Source: Eledone cirrhosa
Lineage: Eukaryota
Assembly: GCA_964016885.1 (NCBI GenBank)
Contig: OZ024742.1
Location: 128,526,001-128,590,000 of the forward strand
Length of the DNA stretch: 64,000 nt
Direction of reading: 5' to 3'
Part shown: positions 52,852-64,000 of the stretch, in pieces
Layout of the letters: every line of letters starts with the position of its first letter
Position numbering within the stretch: position 1 is the stretch's first letter
Translations under genes and position numbers: made by a program
Notes under the pieces: model-generated
The model's database searches: none
Told to the model about the DNA's origin: nothing
The model's input: only the letters and a program-made list of their open reading frames with translations

Positions 52852-53046
52852 ATAATTGTTTCTACTTTTGGCACAAGGCCAGCAATTATCTCAGTACATT
52901 ACTGGTACTTTATTTTATCGACCCCGTAAGGATGAAAAGCAAAGTTAACCTCGGCGGGATTTGAACTCAGACCATAAAGGGCCGTAACTCTTTGCTGCAA
53001 AGCATGGCGTTTGACCCTCTACCGATACTGCCAATCCACTGCCCTT
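52852..53046 (-). mobile_element. SINE family S2, full length
   Basis: Reverse complement of 30465-30655. Confidence 0.9.
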
Positions 53047-53305
53047 TCAATAATGACCTTTGGTCTTTCACACTCACTCAATATATATATCTGGGAGAGT
53101 GTGTATGTGTGTACATGTACATGTGTATATAGAGATTTATATATGTATACATACATGTTTTCATCTTGTACAAAAATCATTCTCCCTAGGGACTTTAGAT
53201 TGAAGAACTGACCACTAATTGATTTTACATGTCTTTAACCCATTGATATCAAAAATATTTTGTCAGAAGCTAGTGTATATGTGCATGTATGTATATATAT
53301 ATATA

Positions 53306-53679
53306 TCTAGGAGAAGGAAAACTCTGATATAACACCTGCAACCCTGATGGTATCCAATGATGTTGACTTGTTATTCTTTTTGGTAAATATCATCTTGGTT
53401 AAGAGAGTGGGACTGGCTTTGTGCAGTGCCTTTGCTCACTATAAAAGCTTCACGGCACAGGTATTGTTTTGTATCTGGAGATCTCTCTGCACTTGTTGTT
53501 ACATGGTACCATGGGCCCAGCACTATGTGTCAATAATTGTCACAAGTGTAGTGTTTGTACCAGAGTTTTCAAGTCGCTGTCTGGACTAAAATGTCACAGT
53601 CGTTCAGCGCATCGGTAGGGATTCTCCTACATGGATATACAGTAGTGGCCGTACTCGAAAACGAGTTGGCAGCCACCAT
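53306..53679 (+). mobile_element. LINE 5' UTR-like repeat; second, longer copy at 57480-58070 (minus)
   Basis: ctaggagaaggaaaactctgatataacacc...cgagttggcagccaccat present twice in opposite orientation. Confidence 0.6.
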
Positions 53680-54129
53680 GTTTTTAATATAGAAAGGCTT
53701 CTACATGACTAGAACTGTTTCATTCTGGAGAAATTATCCGGAAGCCGACTGTCCAAGTAATATGGTGGTATTTATGTCTTTTCTGGTGATAGGAGAGGGT
53801 GGTGATTGGGATGGGTGGAGGTCAAGAAAACGGAATTCTTTAGAATAACAAAGGCAGAAAGAATTCTTTAGACAGGTTCACTCTAGGGGTGCCACTCCTG
53901 ATTTTTAAGGTTCACTTGAGCTAACAATGCCTTTGGTCAGGTGTCTACAAGCACATTCACACACACACACACATACATATAATGTCCTTACTACCACACA
54001 CTCGCAAAGACACACACTCTTATACCTATTTAAAGGATCTATCAACTTTCGTCAAATCGGACAGATGAAACAATGTTTCCGTTGGTCTTTCCAATTGCTA
54101 GTACTATCTATCGGTCGCAACTCCAGGCA

Positions 54130-54247
54130 GAAGGAGCAACGTGAAATAAAGTGTCTTGCTCAAGGACATAACGCATCGCCCGATGCGGAATCGAACTTAC
54201 AACCTCAAGATTGCAAATCCAATTCTCTAACCACTCAGCCACACGCT

Positions 54248-54250
<3 letters not shown>
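54130..54250 (-). mobile_element. tRNA-derived SINE head
   Basis: Minus strand gtggctgagtggttagag...agttcgattcc...ttgagcaagacactttatttcac. Confidence 0.8.
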
Positions 54251-54313
<63 letters not shown>

Positions 54314-54392
54314 TATATATATATATATATATGTATATTTATTAAAATAACAGATTAAAGTTTAAGCAAAGAATCGCTATATATATATATAT

Positions 54393-54436
<44 letters not shown>

Positions 54437-54440
<4 letters not shown>

Positions 54441-56410
54441 TGATGTGGACGAATATAATGCAGACCAACAAAAGGACTGCCAACAACTTCCAGGCCTGGA
54501 ACAATGACGTGCCGGCGTTGTATGGGCTTCGAAAAGACCATAAAACGGGCTGGGACCCTGTCGCGGGACCACCAACACGGCCAGTCTGTGGGGCTAACAT
54601 TGCTAGTAACTACAGACTGTCCTACTTCCTCTCCCTGATCATACGCCCCATCATTGAAATGTCCCCAGATGTATGTGACAGCACGGAGGACCTCCTCAGC
54701 AGAATCGGCGTGGGTAACCGATCTGGGGACCTAACAAACTGCATAATAGGCAGTATGGATGTTGTGTCCCTGTATCCATCTATTGACGTGGATTTTGCTG
54801 TGGAGAAATGCTTAGAAATGATCAGTGAGAGCAAGGTTGAGTTCCGTGGGATTGATACCAGTGAGCTGGGACTCCTACTTAAGCTTACCTATAGTAATAG
54901 TTACCTAGACACTTATGACCTTAGCAACCTGTGCCCTACAAGACCAGCAAGAGGCAGACCACCTACCATTACCTCAATGGCCAAGAAAACCCACACAGAT
55001 AGATGGAACGGGTGGACCAGAGCCATACGGACACCCGAAAACCACGATGAACTGAAGAAAATGATTGCACATGCGGTAGGGGCCAGCATAAAACTAACCC
55101 TTAAGGAACATATGTTCAAATTTAATGGAAAAACATATGCCCAAGAGGAAGGAGCAGCCATTGGTGTTAGCATTGCAGGCGACATAGCTAACTTATTCAT
55201 GGTATGGTGGGACAGTAGACTTAAACTTAAACTTAAAGAACAATTAGAAGACCCCTTAACCCTGATAATGTACTCCCGCTACGTAGATGATATAAACATC
55301 GTAGTTAAGACAACCCCACTAGAGAACAGTCAGGAACTAGAGAAAAACACAATGGAAAGCATCCAGCAAATAGCAAACTCCATCCACCAGAACATTAGAG
55401 TTACTATAGACTACCCAAGTAAACACCCCAACCATCGATTACCTGTACTAGACACAGAGCTCTGGTTAGATACCATTAACAACAAAAAATAAATCCTCCA
55501 TTCCCATTATGCCAAACCCATGACTTCCAAACATCTGATCCACCGAAACTCGGCCATTTCGGACCATACCAAAATCAACATACTGATTGCGGATTTGGTA
55601 CGGGTGATGAGAAATGTGTCCCGCATGTGCAACACCGAAGAACTAGAGAGACCCATACAACACTTCATCCACCGTATGCCGTTCTCTGGTTACAATCAGA
55701 GAGATAGAATCAGAGTGTATAGAGGAGCCAGAACCAAATGGGAAAAAATGGTAAATAATGACATAAATGGGACCTGCCCCTTGTATAGGAGCAAATTTTG
55801 GAATAGAATAGAAAGAACTAGGAACAAGGCTAATAGAATAAACTCATGGTATGATAGCAATAAATACCTGAGTGTAATGTTCATCAATACAACCCCTAGA
55901 GGTGAATTAGCTTACAAATTTAGAAGGGCCCTAAATAAACATAAACTCAATATTAAGATAGTAGAAAGACCAGGTACCTCCGTAAAAACACTTATTAGCA
56001 AGACATACCCTTTTCAAAGACCCTCATGTATAGATAAGAAATGTATAACCTGTAAAATAAGCCCCCATATTAACTGTAAAACTAGAAATGTAGTGTATAG
56101 CATAAGATGTACTGAAGGACAATGTAGAGACAAAAATATAGTGTACATAGGTGAGACAGCTCGTAGTGTAGGGGAACGGATAAATGAACACTGGCGAGAC
56201 CTTCAAGATAATAAAGAATCATCTGTACTCTACCAACATGCTAAGATAGAACACAAGGGTAAATTAGAGAACATAGAAATAAAAATAGAATCTACACACA
56301 GAAAAGACGCAATGTTTAGACAAATTACAGAGGCAATAAACATAAAAGAATTACAACCAAAATTAAATAGAAAATATGAGTGGAACAGCAACATCACAAC
56401 TTACAATTAA
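54437..56410 (+). pseudogene. PLE RT + GIY-YIG ORF broken by one in-frame TAA (55490-55492)
   Basis: LYGLRKDHK, SMDVVSLYPSI, GAAIG, YSRYVDDI, LPVLD; CIDKKCITC, NVVYSIRC, YIGETARSVGERINEH, RQITEA, LNRK; both track ORFs are in the same frame. Confidence 0.88.
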
Positions 56411-56610
56411 GGACAAAATGAAAACACACACACACATAGAACAAACAACCAACCAGTAACATGTAAATAAACAAATAAATAAATGAACATAAACACACAC
56501 AGACACCCGGATGTGGCGCATGCGCAGACTGAGCACACAACACACACACAGAAACAAAATGGCGTAGGACAGAACAAAGGAGAGGCACAGAAACAAAGAA
56601 AGGAATCCCC

Positions 56611-56655
56611 AGTCACTGAAGAGGTCACAGAGTGTGTGACGAAAGAACTATGACT
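56611..56655 (+). ncRNA. Minimal hammerhead ribozyme motif
   Basis: agtca-CTGAAGA-g-gtcaca gagtg tgtgac-GAAA-gaac-TA-tgact. Confidence 0.75.
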
Positions 56656-56797
56656 ATATATAAACAACTATATGCTTGTGGAACCAACCAACCAACCAGA
56701 AATTTATAAATTTCTAAATTTCTAAATATATAATAAATTGAAGTGAAAGCAACTGGTGCGTGTGTTTCTTATTGGCAACATGACCCTCCCAAAGTAT

Positions 56798-56847
<50 letters not shown>

Positions 56848-57398
56848 GCAGTATTCTTCTCCCCATTTTTTCACATATATTTACCTAAACTGCGATTCTG
56901 TTTTTCTCTCTCTCTCTCTTACTGCTCCCTCGTTCTCTCTGTTTCTCTTACTTTCTTTCGCCCCCTCTGTCATGTCAGTTAACACTTTCTCTCTACTGAC
57001 CTCTTCCTCACACTTCCACTCACTCACTCACTGTTTCTCCCCTTCTCACTTCACCCCGTTCGCGACGAAAACAATTTCCTTCTTTCTTACATTTGGATTC
57101 ATCTCGAAAGGTCTTTTTTCTACGCGCTCATATATTCACCCACCTTATGCTGACAGAATAACTATGTAGCTTGTGCCCTTCCTATCTACGGTTAGCTTTC
57201 CTCTTTGTTGTTACTTGTCTCACTCGCTTTACGCGTTTTAATTGTCCTAATAACTTAATTTAGTTATTATTGCACCAACGTGAGGTATATGATTTTTAAT
57301 GCAATGAAATATCTATGATCGTTGGCAAATCACTGATGAGGGACTCATTTTATAACATGTTATCCATGTGCAACCAGCAGTTTTCTTCTCACCCATAT

Positions 57399-57479
<81 letters not shown>

Positions 57480-57482
<3 letters not shown>

Positions 57483-58070
57483 TGGCTGCCAACTCGTTTT
57501 CGAGTACGGCCACTACTTTATATTCATGTAGGAGAACCCCTACGGATGCGCTGAACGAGTGTGACTTTTTAGTCCAGCCAGCGACTTGAAAACTCTGGTA
57601 CAAACACTACACTTGTGACAATTATTGACACATAGTGCTGGGCCCATGGTACCATGTGACGACAAGTGCAGAGAGATCTCCAGATACAAAGCAATGCCTG
57701 TGCCGTGAAGCTTTTATAGTGAGCAAAGGCACTGCACAAAGCCAGTCCCACTCTCTTAACCAAGATGATATTTACCAAAAAGAAGAACATGTCAACATCA
57801 TTGGATACCATCAGAGTTGCAGGTGTTATATCAGAGTTTTCCTTCTCCTAGAATTCTGCCTTGACAAAGCTAAGGGGTCATCTCTCCCGGTGATTTTGGA
57901 TGGCCATTGACTCTTAAGAGCTCCTTTGCCCTTTGACAGGTTTTGTTTTTAGTCCTGCAGGATGTCCAAAGTCACCCTCCTCACCAAGAAACCTTGGTGG
58001 GGTTGCCAGTTTAGTCGCCAAACACCCGACCATGGGACAGGTTGTACTTGAATACATGTTACCATTAGCA
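57480..58070 (-). mobile_element. LINE 5' UTR-like repeat, longer copy
   Basis: Inverted match to 53306-53679 plus ~220 bp further upstream. Confidence 0.6.
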
Positions 58071-58454
58071 CACATACATACATACATACACACATATATA
58101 TATATACATACACACATACATACACACAGATACATACATATAAATACACACACACACAATATATACATACATACACATACATACACATACACACACACAC
58201 ATACCTATATGTATATGTATATATATATATACATACATAAACATCCGTCTAACCCTTGCTAGCGTGGAAGATGGACATTAAACGAAGATTATGATGACAC
58301 ACACATACATATACAGAGATATGCGTGTGTGTGTGTGTGTATATATATATATCATCATCATCATCATCGTTTAACGTTTACCTTCCACGCTAGCATGGGT
58401 TTAGACGGGAATTGTCCCACATATGTATATATATATATATATATATTTATATAT

Positions 58455-58670
58455 CATTTCATTTCATTTCATTTTACGTCTGCTTTTCCCGGGAACTGAT
58501 TCTGGCTTGATTTCTACAGCTGGATGCCCTTCCTAACACCAACCTCATTTACAGTGAGTCCTGGGTGCTTTCTTTCCGTGGCGCCTACACGTCCACTTTA
58601 CAGTGTGGGCTGGGTACTTTTTTTGCCGTGGCACCCCCACGACCACTTTGCAGTGGAATGATAGGGACCC
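58455..58670 (-). mobile_element. SINE family S1, 3' half
   Basis: Matches 14650-14830. Confidence 0.85.
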
Positions 58671-59313
58671 CATATATATATATATAGTTTAATAAATGAA
58701 CAGAGAACAAAAAACAGAGAGGCAGTACAAATGATATGGTTTTTAGTTTCACGCTATATATATGCCGCATTACATGTAACACCTTGCCACACAATACTCG
58801 TATATAAATGAGACGCACTTGCATGCTCTATGTATGACTAACGCATACACGATCTACTAGATCTGATTATCGAACTATCCTCTTGCATTATCTGTGTTAT
58901 CTGCCGCATGTATTTTAATTTTGATTTTAAATTTGAATTGCTGTACAAATATAGTATAGTATAATATATGTCACTCCACTGTACATCAATATATATATAT
59001 GTATCTGTATGTCTCTTGCGTTGGATAGGAGGTCAATTATATGTACAAGCATTGAAAAATGCTCCGAAGACTCCAAGCCTAGGTTTGGATGAAACAATTG
59101 TAAGTGAATAAATGCTTTGAACATAGCTTTGATTCTTGTGAATTCTATATATATATATATATAAATTTTGAGTATATGTTGGTTGTATACCAACACCTCA
59201 GTATGCAGATTGGAGCACTCGACGAAGTGCGCAGGTTGGTTTGGTTACTCCGGAGTAATTTAAAATAAACTAAAATAAATAAGTCAAATATTTAAAATTT
59301 GGCTTTGTTTATT

Positions 59314-59368
59314 ACTGCTATATATATTTCGGTGACAGCCATCTTTGGCTGTGACCTCTTCAGGCAGT
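59314..59368 (-). ncRNA. Minimal type I hammerhead ribozyme
   Basis: Minus strand actgc-CTGAAGA-ggtcacagcca aaga tggctgtcacc-GAAA-TATATA-TA-gcagt. Confidence 0.85.
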
Positions 59369-59519
59369 CAGAATTAGTGTGGTAGAGACGAGTACACATG
59401 TTGAGGTGTTTAACTTTGTCAATACTCTGATATGCCAAGTTCCTGGTTGGGTTGTTATTTCACTGAGGAACTGGAATCATATGAATTTAAACAAAAGAAT
59501 TTCAGCGTCAAAGGACACC

Positions 59520-61710
59520 CTCTCCTCCCATTGGTCAGTTGTGAGAACATTCCTCAGTCAAAAGTCTATAGAAATTCGTTCTAAGGCGAGGCAATCTGTA
59601 GTGGTTGTTTTTGTTATTGTTAAGTACATCTGACCTCTACCCTTATGTTGGTAGTGGTGTTGGTGCTTGAGTCAGCTTAATTGCAGCTGCTGCTGATTTT
59701 AGATGGATCTGTGTGTGTGTTGGCATCTATCCTGCCACCATGGTGGCAGGATAGATGGTGACGAGTACGCTTAACCATGCCAAGAAACCCAATACGAGTA
59801 GCAGTCTCAGGGGTGATACTAACCACCCCGGGCCCGACGACCCCAACCGCAGGACACGTGGTGGTGGGGGGGGGGGGGGTAACGGGGGACGATCCCATCG
59901 TGGATCTCCCAGCGCGGGCAACAACCACCCCACAGATTCGGGTCGAGAAGATAGCAAAACACATAGCGCCTAAAGGGGAAGTAACAATGCGGGAACCACT
60001 AGCAACCCAACAACTCTCCAACCACACACGACGCCCTCAACTCACCCATATAGGAGTAGACGCAGAAAAATCACGTGGCACAACCCACCCTACTCAGCGG
60101 CCCTAAAGAACAGCTTGGCCCGATCATTCTTTGGAACACTTGATAAATGCTTCCCGAGGGACCATAGATACCACAAGATCTTCAACAGACACACTGTGAA
60201 GCTCTCGTATTCCACCACGAGAAATCTGGCCCAACACATAGCTAGCATCAACAGGAGTAGGCTTAAAAACCACACACAACCAGAAGCTGGCAATATAAGC
60301 ACCCAGCAGAACCATGTGAAAGGAGAGAATGGTGGACCCAGTGCCCACCCAAGAAACTCAAACAGACCCCGGGACCCCCCACCGGGCCCGGGGGAAGACC
60401 ACCATGTAACACTAACGAGAACTCCACACTAGGCACGCAGAGGTCGACCACCCTCTGCAACTGCAGAAACCCCGAATCGTGCCCCCTTAGTAATGAATGC
60501 CTTAGGAAGAACCTAATATATGCATATAGAGTAAAAAAACCCAACTCCGAACACCTTTACATAGGAGCCAAAACAACGAGCTTTAAAGACCGTTGATATA
60601 ACCATCGCCATTCCTTCAATAAGGAGGTCAAAAGGAAAAGTACGGCTTTTTCCGACCTGATCTGGAAGCTTAAGCTGGACAGGACCCCGTACTCTCTGGC
60701 CTGGTCCATAATCAAGAAAGTACCACTCGATAAAGGGGGATCTGGCATATGCAAACTATGTCTGAGCGAGACCCTCGAGATACTAACAGGTGGAAGCCGC
60801 CTGATAAACCTCAGAACCGACTTCTTCTGGACATGTAGACACCTCAGGGCCGGGACCTTCCTCAATCTATATGGACAGTAACAACAAACTGAGATGTGAA
60901 CTCCCCTCAAGCTATATGGACTTCTCCAGAACATGTAGACACCTCTGGGCCGGACCTCCCTCAAGCTATATGGACAGTAACAACACCGTAGGTTGGGAAC
61001 TCCCCTCAAGCCATAGGGACCCATCCAGGCTGAGCAGACACCATGATAGCCTAGAGATTGATTCTGACACAGCCTTTCTAATTTGGCCAACATCTTTCTA
61101 ACTTTGAGATTGGTTATAACACACACATATTTTATTTGAATCTTCATTTTTTTTATTTTTCATTTATTTTCTATTTTCTTCATTTTATTGCCTTTTATTT
61201 CTTCACATGCATGGCACAACCCCCCCCCCCCCCTCCACCACCACCACCACGAGAAATGGTGGCAGGATGGATGCCAACACACACACAGAGATCCTTCTAA
61301 AATCATCAGCAGCAAGACCTAGGCTGACCGCAGCACCAATACCACTACCAAAATAAGGGTAGAGGTCAGATGTACTTAACAATAACAAAAACAAACACTA
61401 CAGATCGCCTCACCTCAAAGAATTTCTATAGACTTTTGACTGAGGAATGCTCTCACAACTCACCAATGGGAGGAATGGATCTTACAAATCTTTCTAACTT
61501 TGAGATTGGTTATAACACACACACATTTTATTTGATTATCTTATTTTATTCTTTTATCATCTTATTCCTTCTACCATTTTATCATTTTTTTGTTTAATTA
61601 TTTGCTTATATTATCTTATTTTCATTTTCTATTTTCTTCATTTTATTGCCTTTTATTTCTTCATATGCTTGGCACCCACCCACCACCACGAGAAATGGTG
61701 GCAGGATAGA
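59520..61710 (+). mobile_element. Degenerate Nematis-type PLE 3' part with inverted terminal repeat
   Basis: FFGTLDKCFPRDHRYHKIFNRHTVKLSYS, CNCRNPESCPL..CL, YIGAKTTSFKDR, CKLCLSE..CRH at 60115-60870; 59520-59740 inverted against 61257-61470; 34-bp palindrome 59724-59757. Confidence 0.8.
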
Positions 61711-62502
61711 TTATATGAAGAATTATGGTTGTAAGTACATTTTATCTTATTACATTACAACAGGTTGTAAGTATATAAATATCTATATAGATTAATAATT
61801 GTGCAAGTATAAGTATTATTGGTGATTTTAAAGAAATAAACCACAATTATTAATTGTTTATATTTCTCATATGAGTTACGAAGGGTGTTGATTTTACATT
61901 TTACATAACAAAAATTTAAGAAAAAGTCGTAGTTCAAGTTGTAAGAGGAGAACAATTTGTAGATTCAAATATTTTGTTCCAGCATTGAAAATGTTTTCAG
62001 AATATTGTTAATTTAGCGAAGTTATATAGTTTATCATACAAGTTAAAATGTTTATGTTTGTTCAATTGTAAAGGAAAAGATAACTCTAATCTTATTTGCT
62101 AAACATTAAATTTGATGAATGGTTTACTCAGAAAGTATGTAGAGAAAATTATATATTATTTTGTGTGAGATTATTTTTTTCAAGGATGAGAATTTCAATT
62201 ACACATTATTTACGTCGAAAGATGTGTGAAAAGTTTGAAGATTAAAAAGAGGAAAATAGTATTATGCATTTCGAAGAACTATCGTAAAGAGGATATCTTT
62301 CAGAATGTCAATTAAAGATTATCAATCCACATCTAAAAGAAGAAAAAAAAAAGATTAAGAAGAGTATCATTAGGAAAAGAATATCAAAAGGTAAAAATGC
62401 TAAATTTAAGAAGGAAGATCATTTAAAAAAATACTCAGTAAATAATAGGATCATTTTAAAGGTGTATAAGATATAGTCAAGTGTAATGAATATCTGAAAG
62501 TT

Positions 62503-64000
62503 CTAGTTTTTTTTGTTTGGTTTACTATTTAAGTTGAATTGCTTATTGTTATTATAATGAATTCTAGGATGATTTATCATGTTATTGTTATCTAAATATT
62601 TAATTTTATTCGAGTATCCTGCTCTATGTAAAGCCTCATTGTAATATTCTGCCTTATCATCAAACATATTTTTATTAGCAGAGATGCGTGAAATCCGTTG
62701 CTGGACGCTATTGACAATAGTGTTTTTTATATTTTTAGGATGATTAGAATTGAAACTTACGTAATTTAGATTTTCGTTAATTTTATGGATTGGATAGTAA
62801 AGACATGAGCTAAGGTTTAAGGTTACATCTAAGAAGTTAACGATTTTGTAATTATTCTCGATTTCTAAATTAAGGTTGTAGTTGTTGAAAAATTGTATTA
62901 TGGATTTCTTTTTTCCTATTAATTTCCCTATTGCTATGGTTTTCAATTAAAAGTAACATATCGTCGCAATATAAACCTCCGGTGATCTCTGGCATTACAT
63001 TATTAATAAATAATCCCACGAGGTCCGTTACTTGCGCCGAGTCAAATGATCCCATAGTGATATCAAAATTGTTTTTTCTGTCGGCTCTAGTCCAGAGATG
63101 ATTATTAAATTCTATTAGGGTTTTACGTGCTGTTAGAATGATATTCATTTCTTCACTAGATAGGTCTGTATGTTTAGAAGCGTAGATAAGTGCCTTATTA
63201 AATAAGCTAGGGGTAATAGAGGAGTAGTAATTAGCAATATCCATTTGAATGAATTTTTTCTTATGTTTTAATTTTATGTTTTTAAACCAATCTATTACTT
63301 CATTAGAACCGTTCCATAGTTTAAGGTGTGATTTTTCTTTAAGTAGTGGTATAATTCTATCTAGTATATGCTTGCTAATTATGCCTAAATCAGATTTAGA
63401 TGGTGCGATGAGTCTGACTGGTAGTTCCACTTCAAAATTTCTTTTGTGGTCCTTCAAGTTAATCTTCGGTTTTCTAGGTATAAAGGGTTCAGTCCTATTT
63501 TGAATGCCTAATTTATAAATAATTTCCGAAGCTTCTCTATTTAAGGTTGAAAGATCTTCATTTGATGTCATTTTGTAGTTTTTCCTGAGTTCTTTCAGTA
63601 TTATGTTATTATAGTCGTCCTTTTCCATACCATATAAATTATTTGTTTTGTCAGATTTTACAAGGATCTTCTTTGTTTTTTCTAGATTGTCTATTTTATT
63701 CTTGAGGCCTCTAGGGTACTCCTGGCCGATAAATTGGTTTCTTTTAAATTTAATGTTTTGTATAATGGAGATTACTTCGATTTCAAATTCGGCTAGTAGT
63801 TTGTTGCTATTGTATTTTATCTGATGAGAGCGTACCAAAGTTTTGGTACCCTTGAAATATATATAATAGAATAAATATGGTTTTATAAATATAGTTTCCA
63901 TTTATTTAATATCATTGAATATTATCCTCCAGAAAACTTTTCGAGTGCTTTGGATCAGTTATAAACATTTATATTTGTTGAATTACCAACAATTAAATAT
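62503..64000 (-). mobile_element. Nematis-type PLE RT, frameshifted, endonuclease not seen
   Basis: VKSDKTNNLY, KDHK..PVRLIAPSKSDLG, IQMDIANYYSSI, ITMGSFDSA, YCDDML, NFLDVTLNL, SNHP; homologous to 46565-47400. Confidence 0.88.

Larger units (their letters stand above)
54437..56760 (+). mobile_element. Penelope-like element, 5'-truncated, with 3' hammerhead (second lineage, possibly Naiad- or Neptune-like)
   Basis: RT then GIY-YIG in one frame, (TA)n flanks, hammerhead in the 3' region; clade call is from motif memory only. Confidence 0.88.

Noticed and set aside
55490-55492. Selenocysteine recoding in the PLE ORF (reported for some Naiad elements)
   Set aside because: The in-frame stop is TAA, not TGA; a point mutation is more likely
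53306-57852. A 4.5-kb DNA transposon with 375-bp TIRs enclosing the PLE
   Set aside because: One copy extends ~220 bp further, the arms are diverged, there is no TSD or transposase; two independent insertions are simpler

Overview
Repeat-saturated, AT-rich eukaryotic (animal) DNA with no recognisable host gene. The SINE types, RTE LINEs and (TA)n density suggest a cephalopod mollusc such as Octopus; this is inference. Contents: (1) three tandem arrays (~59 bp at 1-7777, 51 bp at 11480-12150, 38 bp at 18007-19808), each apparently amplified from inside a retroelement; (2) about ten RTE-clade LINE copies of three subfamilies, one with an 868-aa open frame (33458-36064), whose RT carries an inserted C4HC3 PHD-type finger; (3) two tRNA-headed SINE families; (4) at least five Penelope-like element (PLE) remnants with RT and/or GIY-YIG; (5) about a dozen minimal type I hammerhead ribozyme motifs read by eye, several in non-coding fold-back units. 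The best candidate for an undescribed system is a ~490-bp non-coding, hammerhead-containing family present three times, with a head-to-tail junction and inverted ends, i.e. retrozyme/mini-PLE-like. Most short ORFs in the track are microsatellite or antisense artefacts. Boundaries are approximate and no search or folding program was run.
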